Shown one piece after another: positions 59,974 through 64,000 of a stretch of 64,000 nucleotides of DNA; the first letter of the stretch is position 1; the number at the start of each line of letters is the position of its first letter. The notes under the pieces are model-generated. The model made no database searches and was not told the DNA's origin. It saw only the letters and a program-made list of their open reading frames with translations. The stretch spans positions 112,696 through 176,695 of the forward strand of contig NCGY01000003.1 in assembly GCA_002281775.1 (NCBI GenBank), in the 5' to 3' direction. A program made the position numbers and the translations under genes. The stretch is from Hydrogenophilales bacterium 16-64-46. GTDB lineage: Bacteria > Pseudomonadota > Gammaproteobacteria > Burkholderiales > Thiobacillaceae.

Positions 59974-60429
59974 TCATGCGTGGCAGACGAAATCCAGTGG
60001 GTAGCACCGTCCGGCGAGCGCGTCCTGTACGCAGCGCAGGACCAGCGGGCTGCGATGCGGCACGGAGTGGGTGGCGAGTTCTTCCGGCGTGAGCCAGAGC
60101 GCACGCACGATACCGGTGTCCAGCGTGCGGTCCGGCTCGAAACCGGCAAGGTCGCAAAGGTAGGCGAAGCGCAGGTAGGTGATGTCACGGCGCGCGGAAC
60201 GCGTGGAGTAGCAGCCGAGCAGCGCCGTAGGTTCGACGCGGTGCGCGGTTTCTTCCAGCGCTTCGCGGCGCACGGCTTCGATGAGCGTTTCGCCGCGCTC
60301 CCAGTGGCCGGCGGGCTGGTTCAGGCGCAGGCCGTCGGCGGTTTCTTCTTCAACAAAGAGAAACCGGCCGTCACGCTGAACGAGTGCAGCAACGACGACA
60401 TGCGGCAGCCAGGTTTGCGCATCAGACAT
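59974..60429 (-). CDS. nudJ: NUDIX hydrolase NudJ
   Basis: LFVEEE...NQPAGHWERGETLIEAVRREALEET; rluE-nudJ order. Confidence 0.88.
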   Translation of the reverse strand: MSDAQTWLPHVVVAALVQRDGRFLFVEEETADGLRLNQPAGHWERGETLIEAVRREALEETAHRVEPTALLGCYSTRSARRDITYLRFAYLCDLAGFEPDRTLDTGIVRALWLTPEELATHSVPHRSPLVLRCVQDALAGRCYPLDFVCHA

Positions 60430-60964
60430 GCAGTTCCTTCCATTCGCCGGGGGCGAGTGTGCCCAGTTCCCAGTCGCCGACAGCAGCGCGGATCAGGCGC
60501 AGGGTGGGGAAGCCGATCTTCGCGGTCATGCGGCGCACCTGGCGGTTCTTGCCTTCGGTAATCACCAGTTCGATCCAGTGGGTGGGAATGGCCGCGCGAA
60601 AACGGATCGGCGGATTGCGCGGCCACAGCTTGGCTGGCTCCGCGATGCAGCGGACCTGCGCGGGCCGGGTGACGAAATCGCCGAGGTTGACGCCTCGGCG
60701 CAGGGGGTCGAGGTCGGCGTCGGTGGGTGCACCTTCGACCTGCGCCCAGTAGGTTTTGGGCAGCTTGTGGCGCGGGTCGGCGATGCGGCTCTGGAGTGTT
60801 CCGTCATCGGTTAGAATCAGCAAACCTTCGCTGTCCGCATCCAGGCGTCCGGCTGCGTACACACCCGGCAGCGAGAGGTGATCCTGCAAACCCTGCCAGC
60901 GGCCCTCCGGGGTGAACTGGGAGAGCACGCCGTAGGGTTTGTTGAAGAGAACAAGACGCGACAT
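60422..60964 (-). CDS. rluE: 23S rRNA pseudouridine synthase E
   Basis: [35 protein letters not shown]; divergent from icd. Confidence 0.92.
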   Translation of the reverse strand: MSRLVLFNKPYGVLSQFTPEGRWQGLQDHLSLPGVYAAGRLDADSEGLLILTDDGTLQSRIADPRHKLPKTYWAQVEGAPTDADLDPLRRGVNLGDFVTRPAQVRCIAEPAKLWPRNPPIRFRAAIPTHWIELVITEGKNRQVRRMTAKIGFPTLRLIRAAVGDWELGTLAPGEWKELHV

Positions 60965-61009
60965 TCGGTGGGGGGCAAAACCCGCATTTTATTCGTTTCG
61001 AGACCCAAC

Positions 61010-62248
<1,239 letters not shown>

Positions 62249-62285
62249 ATCTTGCGTAGCCGGTCTTGCGCCGGGTGCCACAAAC

Positions 62286-62313
62286 AAAAAGCCCCGCTCG
62301 CGCGGGGCTTTTT
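62286..62313. terminator. Bidirectional terminator between icd and csp
   Basis: AAAAAGCCCCGC-TCGC-GCGGGGCTTTTT. Confidence 0.9.
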
Positions 62314-62329
62314 ACTGGTGCGGCCGGAC

Positions 62330-62536
62330 TCAGCCTTGCGGCTGGATGTTGGAAGCCTGCTTGCCCTTGGGGCCCTGGCTGACTTCAAACGTCACTTTCT
62401 GGCCTTCCTTCAGGCTCTTGAAGCCATTGCTCTGTATGGCGGAAAAATGTGCGAACACATCCTCCCCGCCATCATCGGGGGTGATGAAACCAAACCCCTT
62501 GGCATCGCTGAACCATTTGACAGTACCTGTTGCCAT
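62330..62536 (-). CDS. Cold-shock protein (CspA family)
   Basis: [23 protein letters not shown]. Confidence 0.95.
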   Translation of the reverse strand: MATGTVKWFSDAKGFGFITPDDGGEDVFAHFSAIQSNGFKSLKEGQKVTFEVSQGPKGKQASNIQPQG

Positions 62537-62815
62537 CGAAACTCCCTCCTTTGGCATGTGAACAAAAACCCCGGTCAGCGCGAACGCTGCGATGGGCGAC
62601 GGGACGGCTTGATTTGTTATGTGCCGTCGGTCTGATTCAAGCGCGCTACCCGGTCTTGCTCCTGCGGTATTGCCAAACCTTGCGGTTCTTGAAACCAAAC
62701 TTGGGGCTTTTTACATCCGCATTTGCGTTTTTACAAGCATATTGCGATACAAAACAAGGGTTTCTGAAAAAATCGTGGCGCTGAATCGACGCGCCACTGA
62801 GGTAGGATGCGCGCC

Positions 62816-63973
62816 ATGCGGCCTGACTGGGACATCTTCTGCAACGTCGTCGACAACTACGGCGACATCGGTGTGGCCTGGCGGCTGGCACGCGTGCTGG
62901 CGCGCGAGCACCACGCCAGCGTGCGGCTCTGGGTCGATGATCTGGAGGCGTTCAACCGGCTCTGGCCGGCCGTGGACGCGCACGTCGCCCAGCAGCAATG
63001 CGAGGGCGTGACGATCCAACTCTGGTGTGCGCCGTTCGCGCCCGTCGAGCCGGCGCGCGGGGTGATCGAGGCCTTTGGCTGCGCGCTGCCTGAAACTTAC
63101 CTTGCCGCCATGGCCGGGCAGACGCCCGCGCCGGTCTGGCTCAATCTCGAATATCTCAGCGCCGAGCCCTGGGTCGTCACGCACCATGGTCTGCCTTCCC
63201 CGCATCCCGCGTTGCCGCTGACCAAGTATTTCTTCTTCCCCGGCTTTATGCCGGAAACGGGCGGGGTGCTGATCGAAGCCGATCACGCCCAGCGTCGGGC
63301 GGCTTTCGATGTCGAGACTTACTGGCGTGGACTGGGCCTTGCGGCGCGGTCTAGGGATGAACTTCGGGTGTCGCTCTTCAGCTACGAGAATCCCGCGCTG
63401 CCCGCGCTGCTCGATGCGTGGTTGTCGGTCGGGCAGCCCGTGACCTGCCTGGTCCCCGAGGGACGCGTGCTGCCGCAGCTTGCCGACTGGCTGGGCACGC
63501 CGGCACTGGTTGCGGGCGATTGCCATGTGCGTCAGGCATTGCGGGTGCGGGTGCTGCCGTTTACCGACCAGGACAGCTACGACCATTTGCTGTGGGCGTG
63601 CGACCTGAATTTCGTGCGAGGGGAGGATTCCTGTGTCCGTGCGCAATGGGCGGCCCATCCCATGGTGTGGCAGGCTTACCCGCAAAACGAGGGCGCGCAC
63701 TGGGACAAACTGGAGGCGCTGCTGGCCCTGTACCTGGAGACAGTGCCAAAAGCCGTGGCGGACGCGGTGAGTGGCTTGTGGCATGGCTGGAACGGCGTAC
63801 CCGGCGCACCTGACATGGCAACAGCCTGGGCAGCCTGGCTGGCCGCGCAAGCCGCCATCGACCGTCATGCGGAAGCCTGGCCTGCACGTCTGGCCCGCGC
63901 CGGCCGGCTCAGCCAGAAGCTGGTGGATTTTGTGGAAAACGGGTTAAAATCGCGAGCTTTCTCAAACTCTTAG
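62816..63973 (+). CDS. earP: EF-P arginine rhamnosyltransferase EarP
   Basis: DIFCNVVDNYGDIGV, WLNLEYLSAE, FFFPGF, NFVRGEDS. Confidence 0.95.
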   Translation: MRPDWDIFCNVVDNYGDIGVAWRLARVLAREHHASVRLWVDDLEAFNRLWPAVDAHVAQQQCEGVTIQLWCAPFAPVEPARGVIEAFGCALPETYLAAMAGQTPAPVWLNLEYLSAEPWVVTHHGLPSPHPALPLTKYFFFPGFMPETGGVLIEADHAQRRAAFDVETYWRGLGLAARSRDELRVSLFSYENPALPALLDAWLSVGQPVTCLVPEGRVLPQLADWLGTPALVAGDCHVRQALRVRVLPFTDQDSYDHLLWACDLNFVRGEDSCVRAQWAAHPMVWQAYPQNEGAHWDKLEALLALYLETVPKAVADAVSGLWHGWNGVPGAPDMATAWAAWLAAQAAIDRHAEAWPARLARAGRLSQKLVDFVENGLKSRAFSNS

Positions 63974-63997
63974 AGCGCTCTAGCAGGACATACACCC

Positions 63998-64000
63998 ATG
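63998..64000 (+). CDS. Probable start codon of elongation factor P (rest outside window)
   Basis: AGGA site plus ATG after earP; identity inferred from the usual earP-efp pairing only. Confidence 0.45.

Noticed and set aside
48760-59974. att direct repeats at island ends
   Set aside because: No convincing shared repeat seen at the two boundaries and no integrase in the window

Overview
GC-rich betaproteobacterial chromosome segment; gene content resembles Thiobacillus-like sulfur oxidisers (inference, not verified). The backbone is housekeeping: purL, ppc, hemN, yhdP-nitrilase-tldD, lepA-lepB-rnc-era-recO-pdxJ, recA-recX, thiL-nusB-rib genes, nrdR-glyA, glnS, mnmA, nudJ-rluE, icd, csp, earP and the start of efp. 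Accessory DNA is inserted into it: about eight toxin-antitoxin (TA) modules or remnants, and a sigma54-driven type IV pilin followed by a phosphoethanolamine transferase and an acyltransferase. A CapW/BrxR-type WYL regulator sits divergent from recA, whose promoter lacks a canonical SOS box. An ~11 kb island splits the normally adjacent nudJ-mnmA pair. The island holds a YafY/DriD-type WYL regulator and two near-identical palindromes (CGATCA-N5-TGATCG) upstream of two transcription units. It also holds a PcfJ-HIRAN fusion flanked by two small membrane ORFs missed by the ORF track, a ParDE-coupled MmeI-like restriction-modification enzyme, and a Mu-like phage fragment. In that fragment a MuF protein with a probable BECR-type RNase domain is followed directly by a ~100-nt structured RNA candidate. 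The leading candidates for an undescribed system are the WYL regulon, the MuF-nuclease/RNA pair and the CapW-recA switch. No tRNA, rRNA, CRISPR array or integrase was recognised. All family assignments come from motif recognition by eye, with no database searches.
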